From a bacterium (GTDB taxonomy: Bacteria > Patescibacteriota > Saccharimonadia > CAILAD01 > GCA-016700035), in contig JADZGC010000011.1 of NCBI GenBank assembly GCA_020854115.1, positions 5,057 to 69,056 of the forward strand: a stretch of DNA of 64,000 nucleotides, in the 5' to 3' direction. Within the stretch, counting starts at the first letter, position 1; every line of letters starts with the position of its first letter. A program made the position numbers and the translations under genes. Positions 1-9,058 of this stretch are shown one piece after another. Under the pieces are notes generated by a model. The model did not search any database. It worked only from the letters and a program-made list of their open reading frames with translations, and was not told where the DNA came from.

Positions 1-30
1 CGCCTGCGAGACATAACCTTCCCGAGCATT

Positions 31-576
31 GTGCGAATCATGACCTATTTTGTCATTGCTGTTGCGATGTTGGTAGCGACAAACTGGAAGAATATAATAA
101 ATGCAATTAATCAGAATGTAGTTGATAGTCAGCCGTTTTTGCAGTCTCTGCCAAATTACATTTCTGCCTATACAGACAATCAAATTGTGTCGTGGCTAAC
201 GATTGTGCTGTTTTGGGGTACGATTGGGCTTGCGGCATATACAGTTTTTTGGCTTGGCATGGCATTTTTCACCGCCGCTCGCAACGAACTCATCGTGGAG
301 ACAGCTTTTTCTAATCGAGGACATTTTTGGGAAAAAATACGGGTGCCACTTATTAAGCTCGTGATGCTCATCGCAACTGCGGTAGCGATTATCTTGACGA
401 TGCGCTACGGCATACCGGTATGGAATGATCTTTTTGCCTCTGGCTTATACCATATAGGCTCTGGATCAATGATTGCATTCGTACAATTCGCTATTGCGAT
501 ATTTGGTGCAATGGCCAACTCACATCTTATTATCACGACGGTACTCATATTTCGTCATGCAGACGGCATTTTATAA
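31..576 (+). CDS. hypothetical integral membrane protein
   Basis: 181-aa ORF with several hydrophobic helices. GTG at 31 or ATG at 40. No recognisable family. Confidence 0.5.
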   Translation: MRIMTYFVIAVAMLVATNWKNIINAINQNVVDSQPFLQSLPNYISAYTDNQIVSWLTIVLFWGTIGLAAYTVFWLGMAFFTAARNELIVETAFSNRGHFWEKIRVPLIKLVMLIATAVAIILTMRYGIPVWNDLFASGLYHIGSGSMIAFVQFAIAIFGAMANSHLIITTVLIFRHADGIL

Positions 577-602
577 GTTTACTCAGCCGATAAGAGACTA
601 GT

Positions 603-746
603 CTAGGTACCTCGAACTACGGTGGCCAGCGCTACGAGGATTGCGGCAAAAACCAGAAGTACGAGGATGAATAGGGCGAAGCTGCATCCAGGTGCTTTCA
701 CATTACTCGCGGTGTCGAGCGGTTTATTTGAGTAGATGAATGTCAT
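603..746 (-). CDS. 47-aa small hydrophobic protein directly downstream of lexA, same strand
   Basis: Hand-translated (below the 60-aa cutoff of the ORF track): MTFIYSNKPLDTASNVKAPGCSFALFILVLLVFAAILVALATVVRGT. Has a C-terminal transmembrane helix. Lies 11 nt after the lexA stop. No clear SD. Confidence 0.3.
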   Translation of the reverse strand: MTFIYSNKPLDTASNVKAPGCSFALFILVLLVFAAILVALATVVRGT

Positions 747-757
747 CTTGGGTGAGA

Positions 758-1384
758 TTAATACTTGCGGATTAGGCCGATCACAACACCCTGAATCTGC
801 AATCCCATATCTGGCGTAACATAAATTGGCTCCATAGCATCGTTTGCTGGCTGCAAGCGTACGCGTCCAGCTTCTTTGTAATAGCGTTTGAGCGTTGCTT
901 CCTGTCCATCGATCAGGGCGACAACTACTTCACCGTTTGATGGGATTTCTTTTTCTTGAACTACAACGTAATCACCGGAGTGAATGCCATCATTAATCAT
1001 CGAATTGCCTTTGACCTGCAGGACGTAGCTACTGCGCTTGCCAACCATAACTGGTGGGACTTCGAGAGTCTCTGGGTGACCGGAAATAGTCTCGATCGGG
1101 CTTCCGGCCGCAATCAAACCCATGATCGGGAGACGGACAGCTTTTTCGTCAAAGACGGCGGATTCAACTTCGCTGACTGGCATGAGCGAGCGAGCAGAGT
1201 TGTTGCCCTTAGTGAGGAGCCCTTTTGCTACCAGGGAATCGATGTGCTGTGCTACGGTGGCGACAGAATTGAGCTTCAAGCCATTGGCAATTTCGCGATA
1301 GCTTGGGGAATATCCGTGCTGCTCAATGAATGATGAAACGTAATCAAGTGTACGCTTTTGCTTCTTTGTCAGTGGCTTCTTCAT
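758..1384 (-). CDS. lexA: LexA repressor (S24 peptidase family)
   Basis: N-terminal winged HTH. C-terminal S24 domain with the Ser in the GNSM motif and the Lys in LKRYY. Confidence 0.9.
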   Translation of the reverse strand: MKKPLTKKQKRTLDYVSSFIEQHGYSPSYREIANGLKLNSVATVAQHIDSLVAKGLLTKGNNSARSLMPVSEVESAVFDEKAVRLPIMGLIAAGSPIETISGHPETLEVPPVMVGKRSSYVLQVKGNSMINDGIHSGDYVVVQEKEIPSNGEVVVALIDGQEATLKRYYKEAGRVRLQPANDAMEPIYVTPDMGLQIQGVVIGLIRKY

Positions 1385-1410
1385 AATTAGATTGCACCCT
1401 CCAAAAAATT

Positions 1411-1450
1411 ATGTTCGCCTTTTATAATATCGAACGCGAAGCGAACAGTC
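1411..1450. promoter_or_regulatory. candidate LexA operator overlapping a divergent promoter
   Basis: GTTCG at 1413-1417, TATAAT at 1423-1428, CGAAC at 1431-1435 and a second CGAAC at 1442-1446. Sits between divergent lexA and the 1497 gene. Resembles the CGAAC/GTTCG half-sites of Gram-positive SOS boxes but with atypical spacing. Confidence 0.35.
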
Positions 1451-1496
1451 AAGCTTGTTTTTGTAGTTTCTTTGGGCGTAGGATAGGGTAAGATCT

Positions 1497-2636
1497 ATGA
1501 ATATGAAGTTTCTAATGAAGGTTAGTGGCTTTATTGCTGCCGCATTCATACTCTCGCTGCTGGTCTTTCGTGTTGCGCGAGCTGATGATTCTTATGTATT
1601 AGCAAAAGACCAAGTTCATGATGGTGTGCTTGCCAAATCTGCCGAACGAATAACTATCGAAGGTACCGTCAATGGAGATCTTTGGGTGGCAGCTAGTCAG
1701 ATAGATATCACTGGTGAAGTACGAGGTAATGTCTATGCTGTCGGCAGTCGAGTGATCATACGGGGCAATGTAATGGGTAGTGTGCATGCCCTCGGATCAG
1801 AAGTGCGACTCGATCGAAGCATTGCCGGTAGCGTCTATGCTGCAGGTAGTTTGGTCGCTACTGAGGAAGGAGTACAGATAGGGAGGACGACTGGACTAGC
1901 CGGAAGTGATGTGATGATTCATGGTAAGCTAGCCGGACAGCTATTTGCCGGAGCGTCACGAATGGAGCTTCGCGGGCAGATCGGTAGTGGTGCTCGCTTG
2001 GCGGCGAGTGAAGTGGTGCTCAGTAATTCGGCGACAGTTGGCGATGACTTACGGTATACGTCCCGGCTTGATGCGGTGATCCCTAACGACAAGGCCATCA
2101 GCGGAAAGGTTATCCGCGAAATGCCACCCGAAGATCAGCGCACAGAAAATTGGAGTCAGCGTGTAGTAGACTCCTTGATAGGATTGATTATGAGCGTGGT
2201 GACGGCTGTGGCTGTGCTTGCGCTGTGGGGCGATACCCTGGTCGAACGGGCGCAGCTCTTTCGTCAGTTACCAATTCGAACTTTCGGTCGCGGTGTGTTC
2301 TTTACTATCTTAGTGCCTGTGGTGTGTCTGCTGGTTATGATCACGCTGATCGGATTACCTCTAGGGATTATCCTGGGCTTGCTATACGCTGTTGTGCTCA
2401 TGGTTGCGCCGACTGCAGCCGGTCTCGTAGTAGGATTACAGCTAATTCAGCCGCCGCATGAGAGCAGTAGGCAGCCGGCCTATGGGGCGAAGCTGCAGGC
2501 TACCGTATTGGGGCTTCTCATTATCTCGATAGTTGGGTTTGTGCCATTGCTCGGGCCGGTCTTTACGTTGTTTGTCTATCTGGTGGGAGTTGGGGTTATT
2601 ATTGCTACGTACCCTGTTCAGGGTAGTAAAGCATAA
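1497..2636 (+). CDS. membrane protein with bactofilin-like (polymer-forming beta-helical) repeat region and C-terminal transmembrane helices
   Basis: N-terminal signal/TM segment. Repeated G-x-V/I-x-G beta-strand units (VNGDLWVAASQIDITGEVRGNVYAVGSRVIIRGNV...). Four C-terminal hydrophobic helices. Divergent from lexA. Confidence 0.6.
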   Translation: MNMKFLMKVSGFIAAAFILSLLVFRVARADDSYVLAKDQVHDGVLAKSAERITIEGTVNGDLWVAASQIDITGEVRGNVYAVGSRVIIRGNVMGSVHALGSEVRLDRSIAGSVYAAGSLVATEEGVQIGRTTGLAGSDVMIHGKLAGQLFAGASRMELRGQIGSGARLAASEVVLSNSATVGDDLRYTSRLDAVIPNDKAISGKVIREMPPEDQRTENWSQRVVDSLIGLIMSVVTAVAVLALWGDTLVERAQLFRQLPIRTFGRGVFFTILVPVVCLLVMITLIGLPLGIILGLLYAVVLMVAPTAAGLVVGLQLIQPPHESSRQPAYGAKLQATVLGLLIISIVGFVPLLGPVFTLFVYLVGVGVIIATYPVQGSKA

Positions 2637-2748
2637 GTTTTTATCTGTTCATATCTGGAAGCACACAAAAACTTGCCTCACAGGTGTTGACAGGTTCGCG
2701 CTCCTGACCTAACCTGGAGACATAGTAACTAAAGGAGTGAGAATAGAT

Positions 2749-2955
2749 ATGGCACATTATCAGCACACTAACTCAAAAGGTCAGACCTACATCCTGCACC
2801 AGCGCGACGTAACCCTCAAGGGTGGCCGCCAGCAGCGCATTTACTTCTTCGCTCGCGAAGCTAAGGACGGTGCTATTGACGCATTGCCAGAGGGCTACAT
2901 GGTTGTAGAAAACACTCGCACCGGCCTTCCGATTCTCAAGAAATCTGACAAGTAA
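2749..2955 (+). CDS. small hypothetical protein (68 aa)
   Basis: AAAGGAG RBS at 2731-2737 and ATG at 2749. Followed by an intrinsic terminator. Confidence 0.5.
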   Translation: MAHYQHTNSKGQTYILHQRDVTLKGGRQQRIYFFAREAKDGAIDALPEGYMVVENTRTGLPILKKSDK

Positions 2956-2978
2956 GCTGATACAGACATACAATTGCA

Positions 2979-3008
2979 AAGCCCGCTTCAAAAAAGAGCG
3001 GGTTTTTG
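2979..3008 (+). terminator. rho-independent terminator
   Basis: GC stem GCCCGCTT / AAGCGGGC-like followed by TTTTT. Confidence 0.6.
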
Positions 3009-3101
3009 CATGGCGAACGATCTGGCGCGAGAATTGTATCTTCTGGCTATATCTGAGATACTAAAGTGGTATTAGATGAAATATAAAGGAGAAGGTGAAT
3101 T

Positions 3102-3275
3102 ATGGAAGAAACTACAACCCCGGCAGCACAGCCAGGAGACGTAACTGCTCCAGCAGCTGACGCTCCAGCTCCAGTGGCTCCAGAAGCTCCAGCAACTGAT
3201 CCAGCTCCAGCTGTAGAAGGTGCTCCAGCTGAAGCAGCTCCCGAAGCCCCAGCTGAAGAAGCTCCTGCCGCTTAA
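3102..3275 (+). CDS. small acidic Pro/Ala-rich protein (57 aa)
   Basis: Not in the ORF track (below 60 aa). AAAGGAGAAGG RBS then ATG at 3102. Translates to MEETTTPAAQPGDVTAPAADAPAPVAPEAPATDPAPAVEGAPAEAAPEAPAEEAPAA. Terminator follows. The overlapping 3072..3698 minus ORF is judged spurious. Confidence 0.45.
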   Translation: MEETTTPAAQPGDVTAPAADAPAPVAPEAPATDPAPAVEGAPAEAAPEAPAEEAPAA

Positions 3276-3297
3276 GTATTTAAGCGCAGTAAAACTA

Positions 3298-3340
3298 AGA
3301 AACGCGACAAGCATCAGGCCTGTCGCGTTTCTTAGTTTTA
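3298..3340 (+). terminator. rho-independent terminator
   Basis: AAACGCGACA ... TGTCGCGTTT stem followed by a T-rich tract. Confidence 0.55.
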
Positions 3341-3476
3341 GATCCATCGAGATAAAAATTTCAGATACAGAACAAGGATGAACAGCATTATTACTCAGTG
3401 ATTTCGGGTGTGTGGTAATGACTACTTTTTGTGCGCGCGCCATATGGTGTGTCATACTTATATCAGTAACGGGGGT

Positions 3477-4376
3477 ATGATGGGCTTTAATCCTAGTGAT
3501 ATACGGATTGTTGTGCACGGAAGTTTCCGTCAGCATTTTGACCAAATTCTCGAGACGATCGAAGTTTTTGAGAGCGCGGGGTTTACTGTGCTTGCACCCG
3601 AAGCTCGAGAGATAATCTCTATGACCGATGGCTTCGCAGTGCTCGATGGTGAACGTGACATGGATCCGCGGCATATCGAAGCACGTTATTTGCAGCACCT
3701 CAAGCGATTGGGGGGTCTAGGGTTTAGCTATTTTGTCGATCCTCGTGGGTATATTGGGCGTACAACATCATTCGAGCTTGGTATCGCACAGCTGATTGGT
3801 GTTCGATGCTTTTTCTTAGAACACCCAGCCGATCATCCTGCATTTTATTCTCATGAGTCTGTCATGGGCCCACACGCTTTGCGAGACTACATCTTCGAGC
3901 ATGAGTCGTTGCCTGCGCCGAACATACAGCCAAATGAGCGGTTTATTCATGCTTTGTGGCAGCGACTTGTGGTGCCAGGCTCAGTTGTGGCTGGCGGTGC
4001 GATCATCCACCACGGGCCTTCTGATGAATATCTTTTCGTGAAAACGCACAAGTGGGGAGGACGTTACTCGATTGTAGGAGAGAAGGTACAGCGTGGAGAG
4101 CGGCTCGATGAGGCGATTCTGCGCGGCATAAAAGAAGAGACGGGATTGCAAGCTAAGCTCGGTCGTCACATTGTGACATTCGATCAAATCAAGCAGTCCG
4201 GATTTCACAAGGCTGGCGTAAATCATATCTTTGCCGACTATATAGTCGAGGTGAACTCGCAGCGGGTAGTGCTAGATGATGAGGCCGAGGACTATGTCTG
4301 GGCGCGACGCGAGGATGCGCTGAGTTCGCTTGATCTTGAGCCAAATGCCAAGCATACATTACTTCTTGCTGAATAA
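3477..4376 (+). CDS. Nudix hydrolase fused to an N-terminal nucleoside 2-deoxyribosyltransferase-like domain
   Basis: C-terminal Nudix box GEKVQRGERLDEAILRGIKEETGL. The N-terminal approx. 150 aa resemble an NDT-like Rossmann fold by eye. ATGATG start at 3477 chosen over the 3408 extension. Confidence 0.7.
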   Translation: MMGFNPSDIRIVVHGSFRQHFDQILETIEVFESAGFTVLAPEAREIISMTDGFAVLDGERDMDPRHIEARYLQHLKRLGGLGFSYFVDPRGYIGRTTSFELGIAQLIGVRCFFLEHPADHPAFYSHESVMGPHALRDYIFEHESLPAPNIQPNERFIHALWQRLVVPGSVVAGGAIIHHGPSDEYLFVKTHKWGGRYSIVGEKVQRGERLDEAILRGIKEETGLQAKLGRHIVTFDQIKQSGFHKAGVNHIFADYIVEVNSQRVVLDDEAEDYVWARREDALSSLDLEPNAKHTLLLAE

Positions 4377-4378
4377 AA

Positions 4379-4454
4379 TGGTGGGCCCGGTTGGGTTCGA
4401 ACCAACGACCAATCGGTTATGAGCCGACTGCTCTAACCCCTGAGCTACGGGCCC
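4379..4454 (-). tRNA. tRNA with anticodon CAT (probably tRNA-Ile2, lysidine type; otherwise elongator Met)
   Basis: Reverse complement folds as a cloverleaf: GGGCCCG acceptor stem, CTCATAA anticodon loop, TTCGAAC T-loop, CCA end. Variable loop and anticodon stem resemble Ile2-type. Confidence 0.8.
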
Positions 4455-4670
4455 TGATATAAAAAATCCATTCGGTACAAAAATGTTCGTAGCTCAATAA
4501 TAAGGGTTAGGGCAGGAATTTATAAGTCCATCTTGCGGCGAACAACCCCTTAAACCACGAGCCTGCATAAAACGAACCTACTTTATTATAGATCAAAATC
4601 GATTTTGTATCCCGCTTATACCGCCATAACACTAGTCATAATTTATCAAACACGCGTATACTAATTTGGT

Positions 4671-5423
4671 ATGGCACTCATCTCAGTAAAAGATATCAAA
4701 AAATCATATGGTGACCTCGAAGCCGTCAAGGGCGTGAATTTTCAGGTTAAAAAAGGGGAAGTTTTTGGTATCTTAGGCCCGAATGGTGCAGGCAAGACGA
4801 CGACACTCGAAATGATGGAAGGCCTTCGACCGATTACGAGCGGCACGATCATAATTAATGGTGTCGATGTCGCCGAGAAGCCGTATGATGTCAAAGAAAT
4901 GATTGGTGTGCAGCTCCAGAGCTCAGCGTTCTTTGACAAGCTGAGCCTTGTCGAGGTGTTGCATCTCTTCTCAAATCTCTACGCCCAGAATAAAGACCCG
5001 AAGGTCTTACTCGAAGAAGTGGGTCTTTCAGAAAAAGCCAAAAGCTTTGTCAAGGAGCTCTCGGGTGGTCAGAAGCAACGATTCTCGATCGCGGCAGCAT
5101 TGGTGAATGATCCAGTAGTACTCTTTCTGGACGAACCGACGACCGGCCTTGACCCACAAGCAAGACGCAACCTTTGGGAGCTCGTCAAGCAAGTTCAGGA
5201 ATCGGGCAAGACCGTCATTATTACGACGCACTATATGGACGAGGCAGAGGAGCTGTGTGATCGCATCGCGATTATGGACGAAGGTAAAATCATTGCACTG
5301 GATACGCCCAAGAATCTCATTAAGTCACTTTTGAAGCGCGGCTTCAAGCCTCGTAAGGAAGTTGTGGCTGCAAATCTCGAAGACGTATTTATTGATCTCA
5401 CTGGTAAGGATTTAAGGGACTAG
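4671..5423 (+). CDS. ABC transporter ATP-binding protein
   Basis: Walker A GPNGAGKTT, signature LSGGQKQR, Walker B LFLDEPTTGLD. Confidence 0.9.
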   Translation: MALISVKDIKKSYGDLEAVKGVNFQVKKGEVFGILGPNGAGKTTTLEMMEGLRPITSGTIIINGVDVAEKPYDVKEMIGVQLQSSAFFDKLSLVEVLHLFSNLYAQNKDPKVLLEEVGLSEKAKSFVKELSGGQKQRFSIAAALVNDPVVLFLDEPTTGLDPQARRNLWELVKQVQESGKTVIITTHYMDEAEELCDRIAIMDEGKIIALDTPKNLIKSLLKRGFKPRKEVVAANLEDVFIDLTGKDLRD

Positions 5424-5424
5424 C

Positions 5425-6537
5425 ATGCAAAAGGTCTCCCGAGCCTTCACGCGTCTGCGCGCCCTAACGATAGCGAGTATCAAGATGTACGTTCGCAACG
5501 TGACGGGACTCTTCTTCACGCTATTCATTCCTGTGGTGCTAATTGCTGTCTTTGGATTTCTCTTTAAGAACAATAATTTCAAAACCGATATTGCACTGAC
5601 AAACTATAGTGATACTGAGGTGTCCAAGCAGTTCGTCGATAGTCTCAAAAAAGTCGAGGCGTTTCGTATTGAAGAGACTGATGAGGCATCGGCCGCCGAC
5701 AAGTTAGGCCGAGGCAAAATAGATTTACAAATTATTGTCCCAGAGAGCTTCGGACAGCCGGATCCGACTACCAAGAGTCTCAAGCCAGTATCGGTGCAGA
5801 CATACTACAATGAATCAAATCCGCGCAATGGACAGACTACCAATCTTATCGTCGGTCAAATCGTTTCTAGCTTTAACGCTGGAATCACCAAGGCGCCGCA
5901 AGTGTATACCGTACGGGCAGAAGGCGTTAAGACAAATAATCTTGGGCAAATTGATTTCTTTTTGCCGGGCGTGATTGCGATGTCAATTATGCAGCTTGGT
6001 ATCTTCTCGGTCGCATTTGTCTTCGTGACTTACAAGACAGCAGGACAGCTGCGACGCATCCAGGCTACTCCAACGCATCCGGTGTATTTCGTAATCGCAC
6101 AGGCAATTACTCGGGAGCTGGTTGCGGTGGCGCAGGTGGGTCTCCTGTTGGGCTTAGGTATCTGGGCATTTCAAGCCAAGATGATCGGCAGCATTGTTGA
6201 TTTTATGCTTATGGCAGCGCTTGGAGCGGCAGTGTTTCTTGCTTTTGGGTTCGCTATAGCCGGTTGGGCGCGAGATGAAAACCAAGCAACGCCACTCGCG
6301 CAGCTGATTCAATTCCCAATGCTCTTCCTCTCTGGCGTATTCTTCCCGCGTGACGGTTTGCCAGAGTGGCTACTTAAGGTCACCGACTATTTGCCACTAA
6401 CATACCTCGTCGATGGTTTACGCAAGATTGCCACCGAAGGTGCGACGCTACTTACCGTCGGACATGATGTGATTGGACTATTGGTTTGGGGAGTAGTGGT
6501 GTTCGCGATATCGGTCTTTATATTTCGTTGGGAGTAA
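5425..6537 (+). CDS. ABC-2 family transporter permease
   Basis: Six-TM membrane protein immediately after the ATPase. N-terminal TM, periplasmic loop, C-terminal TM bundle. Confidence 0.8.
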   Translation: MQKVSRAFTRLRALTIASIKMYVRNVTGLFFTLFIPVVLIAVFGFLFKNNNFKTDIALTNYSDTEVSKQFVDSLKKVEAFRIEETDEASAADKLGRGKIDLQIIVPESFGQPDPTTKSLKPVSVQTYYNESNPRNGQTTNLIVGQIVSSFNAGITKAPQVYTVRAEGVKTNNLGQIDFFLPGVIAMSIMQLGIFSVAFVFVTYKTAGQLRRIQATPTHPVYFVIAQAITRELVAVAQVGLLLGLGIWAFQAKMIGSIVDFMLMAALGAAVFLAFGFAIAGWARDENQATPLAQLIQFPMLFLSGVFFPRDGLPEWLLKVTDYLPLTYLVDGLRKIATEGATLLTVGHDVIGLLVWGVVVFAISVFIFRWE

Positions 6538-6540
6538 CAC

Positions 6541-8193
6541 ATGCGAAAGAGAAAGATCGGTCTTTGGTTGGGTATCATTGGTGGGTTGCTGGCTTTCAGT
6601 GCACTATCAGCTCCGCCGGTCGAGGCAAATGCTGGGGAGTCAATTCAGAGTTATCAAACCAATATAACCGTCAGGAGTGACGGTTCGGCCCTGATCGAAG
6701 AAACCTTGAACTATGATTTTGGCAGTGAAGATCGGCATGGAATCATTCGAGCAATTCCGCTATCCGCCAAGCTACCAAATGGTAAATACTTTAATTACGA
6801 ATTCAAGACCGAATCTGTGCAGCGCGATGGCATGACAGAACCATTCACCGAGAAAAAACAAGGCACCTATAATGAGATCAAGATTGGGAGTGCAAATAAA
6901 ACCATTGCTGGCGCCCATCGATATGTGATCATCTATACTGCGTCACGTGTTATGCAGAAGGATGAGGCTGGCGATTATTTCAACTGGGATGTGATTGGTA
7001 CTTCCTGGCCAGTCCCGATTCGTAGTTCTCGTGCCATCATTACATTTCCAGATGAGGCGCCAGTCTTGGACTCGATGCGCTGTTATGCCGGCGCGCAGGG
7101 GAGTACAGATATGGGTGGTTGCGAACTGACGAAATCCGGGCAGACCATTACGGCGTCGATCGGAGCACTGAGTGCCAATGAGGGCGCGACGGTAAATATT
7201 CTGACTGAAGCAAATAGTTTTCAGCAGTATCTCGAGGAGTCAGATGCCCCGAAAGGTGAGTCGCTCACCGACGCTGGATTACCGGGTATACTTGCAATAT
7301 TCATCTTTACGATCTTGCCATTTCTGGCTGTGCCATTGATCTTTGTGGTCATAGCTGTGGTGTATTTGCGTAATCGAGTGCAAACAAAACAACGCCAAAA
7401 ACAACAAACCGTCATCGCTCAATATGAGGCGCCTGACAACCTGACGCCAGCACAACTCGGACTCCTTCAAGATAGTGTAGCTGGCATGACCGAAATAACC
7501 GCGACCCTTATTGACCTTGCGGTACGAGGATTCATCAAGATTACAAATGTCACGAAAGGTAGCTTCATCAAGACTATTGATTACCAGTTTGATCTCTTGA
7601 AGTCTACGAGCGATAAAGAACTACAGGGGTACGAACAGCAGCTTCTCTTGGCAATGTTTGGTGGTCATAAGCAGATTAATCTTCGCAAGATAGATCGCAT
7701 GTCTATGTCGACTGCCGTTGCGGCGATTGCTAAGCAGCTGAAGCAGGAGCTACAACAACGCGGATACTTCGCGCAAAAACTCAAGTGGCTGAATGATCCG
7801 GACAATGTGACGCCAGATGGATATAAGGCGTGGGCGCGAGTTGAGGGCTTCAAGCTATTCTTGAGCGTGACGGAAAGAGATCGATTGAAGTTTACGGACG
7901 CACCAGCAAAGAACCCCGAACAATTTAGTAGGCTCCTACCATATGCGATAGCGCTTGGAGTCGAGAAAGAATGGGCGGCACAATTTGCTGGTATGGATGT
8001 AGCGCAGAATCTTAGTTGGTACAGTGATCCATCGAGCACGAGATTCAATAGCGTACTGCTCGTGAATAATCTGAGTGGCAGTTTCTCCACAGCTGTTTCG
8101 AGTGGGTTTTCTTCACCTAGCTCAAGTGGCGGCTCAAGTGGCGGTGGCTTCTCTGGTGGCGGTGGTGGCGGTGGCGGTGGCGGAAGCTGGTAG
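6541..8193 (+). CDS. DUF2207-like membrane protein with Gly-rich C-terminal tail
   Basis: Signal peptide, conserved N-terminal YQTNITVRSDGS...YDFG..HGI.R.IP pattern, central TM pair, terminal GGGFSGGGGGGGGGG tail. Confidence 0.7.
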   Translation: MRKRKIGLWLGIIGGLLAFSALSAPPVEANAGESIQSYQTNITVRSDGSALIEETLNYDFGSEDRHGIIRAIPLSAKLPNGKYFNYEFKTESVQRDGMTEPFTEKKQGTYNEIKIGSANKTIAGAHRYVIIYTASRVMQKDEAGDYFNWDVIGTSWPVPIRSSRAIITFPDEAPVLDSMRCYAGAQGSTDMGGCELTKSGQTITASIGALSANEGATVNILTEANSFQQYLEESDAPKGESLTDAGLPGILAIFIFTILPFLAVPLIFVVIAVVYLRNRVQTKQRQKQQTVIAQYEAPDNLTPAQLGLLQDSVAGMTEITATLIDLAVRGFIKITNVTKGSFIKTIDYQFDLLKSTSDKELQGYEQQLLLAMFGGHKQINLRKIDRMSMSTAVAAIAKQLKQELQQRGYFAQKLKWLNDPDNVTPDGYKAWARVEGFKLFLSVTERDRLKFTDAPAKNPEQFSRLLPYAIALGVEKEWAAQFAGMDVAQNLSWYSDPSSTRFNSVLLVNNLSGSFSTAVSSGFSSPSSSGGSSGGGFSGGGGGGGGGGSW

Positions 8194-8297
8194 CTGATAA
8201 AACGCTGGCGACCCGGGGTATACTGCTTATGCTTGTCCGGACAAACTGTGTAGAATACAGCTATGCACGTAAATCAATATAGGGTTGCCGGCTCGCA

Positions 8298-9035
8298 ATG
8301 GCGCAAGTAAACTCTTCGCAAAGTCAGACAAGCGGTGATTCGCGCTTGGATACGTTGCACGTCACGCTCGATATTGTAGATGAGCAGGTGATCGATGAGC
8401 CGACTGCCTCAGAAAAAATTGCATTCTTTCTGAGTTTTCTACCGCTTGTGGGATACGTTGGAGCGGCGATGGCTGCATTTGCAGTGCGCAATCATCATCG
8501 TGCAGGCACGAAGACACATGGCCTGACCTATGCTGCACTCGCTCTGCAAGTCTTTTATACGCTTCTTATGCTTACAGGTCTGGTGGTGAGTATGCAAATC
8601 CAGCAGTCTAGTCTTGCGCCAACGAAGCCAGCTGAAGCAACTGCACAGAGCTTCATAACTACAGTTCAAGCGAGTAACTTCACTGCGGCAAGGGCGTATT
8701 TTGCAAACCAAGTCAGTAATGCGCCTGAAGTCACATTGCCTATGTATCGGGCAGCCATGACGGGCACACCCTTGCTTGTAGAGAGTCGTATGATCGAGAA
8801 ACCGACTTTTCAAGACCAATCATTCAGTGCGTATACAGACATGCCATTGAGCTATCAGCTTTGGCATATTGGTACGATAGAGACTAATTCTCAGTATCTG
8901 ATAATAATCTTGTCGGAAGTTGCGCGTGATGATTGGCGGATCATCCAGGTGCAGAGTCTCGAGGCACCTGGTGACTCGAGTGCTAAGTCCGCAATCGATC
9001 AGGTGGTTGGTGCATTGCTGGCACCTGCTACGTAG
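8298..9035 (+). CDS. hypothetical membrane protein
   Basis: 245-aa ORF with two hydrophobic helices. No recognisable family. Confidence 0.5.
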   Translation: MAQVNSSQSQTSGDSRLDTLHVTLDIVDEQVIDEPTASEKIAFFLSFLPLVGYVGAAMAAFAVRNHHRAGTKTHGLTYAALALQVFYTLLMLTGLVVSMQIQQSSLAPTKPAEATAQSFITTVQASNFTAARAYFANQVSNAPEVTLPMYRAAMTGTPLLVESRMIEKPTFQDQSFSAYTDMPLSYQLWHIGTIETNSQYLIIILSEVARDDWRIIQVQSLEAPGDSSAKSAIDQVVGALLAPAT

Positions 9036-9058
9036 CTCAAGCGTGATACAATCTAGTC

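Noticed and set aside
956-1333. 125-codon plus-strand ORF inside lexA
   Set aside because: Entirely antisense to the well-supported LexA coding sequence. No RBS. Composition is not protein-like.
3072-3698. 208-codon minus-strand ORF spanning the small-gene region and the start of the Nudix fusion gene
   Set aside because: Translation is Trp/Ser/Cys-rich noise (WSWISCWSFWSHWSWS...). It overlaps two plus-strand genes that have proper RBSs and terminators. It is antisense to a Pro/Ala-codon-rich sequence.
8090-8195. Short tandem GGC/GGT repeats, and the 14,590-14,700 ACx-rich repeats, as candidate CRISPR or other repeat arrays
   Set aside because: They are in-frame Gly-codon and Pro/Thr-codon runs encoding low-complexity tails or linkers of the DUF2207 and CBM proteins. 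No spacer-repeat periodicity.
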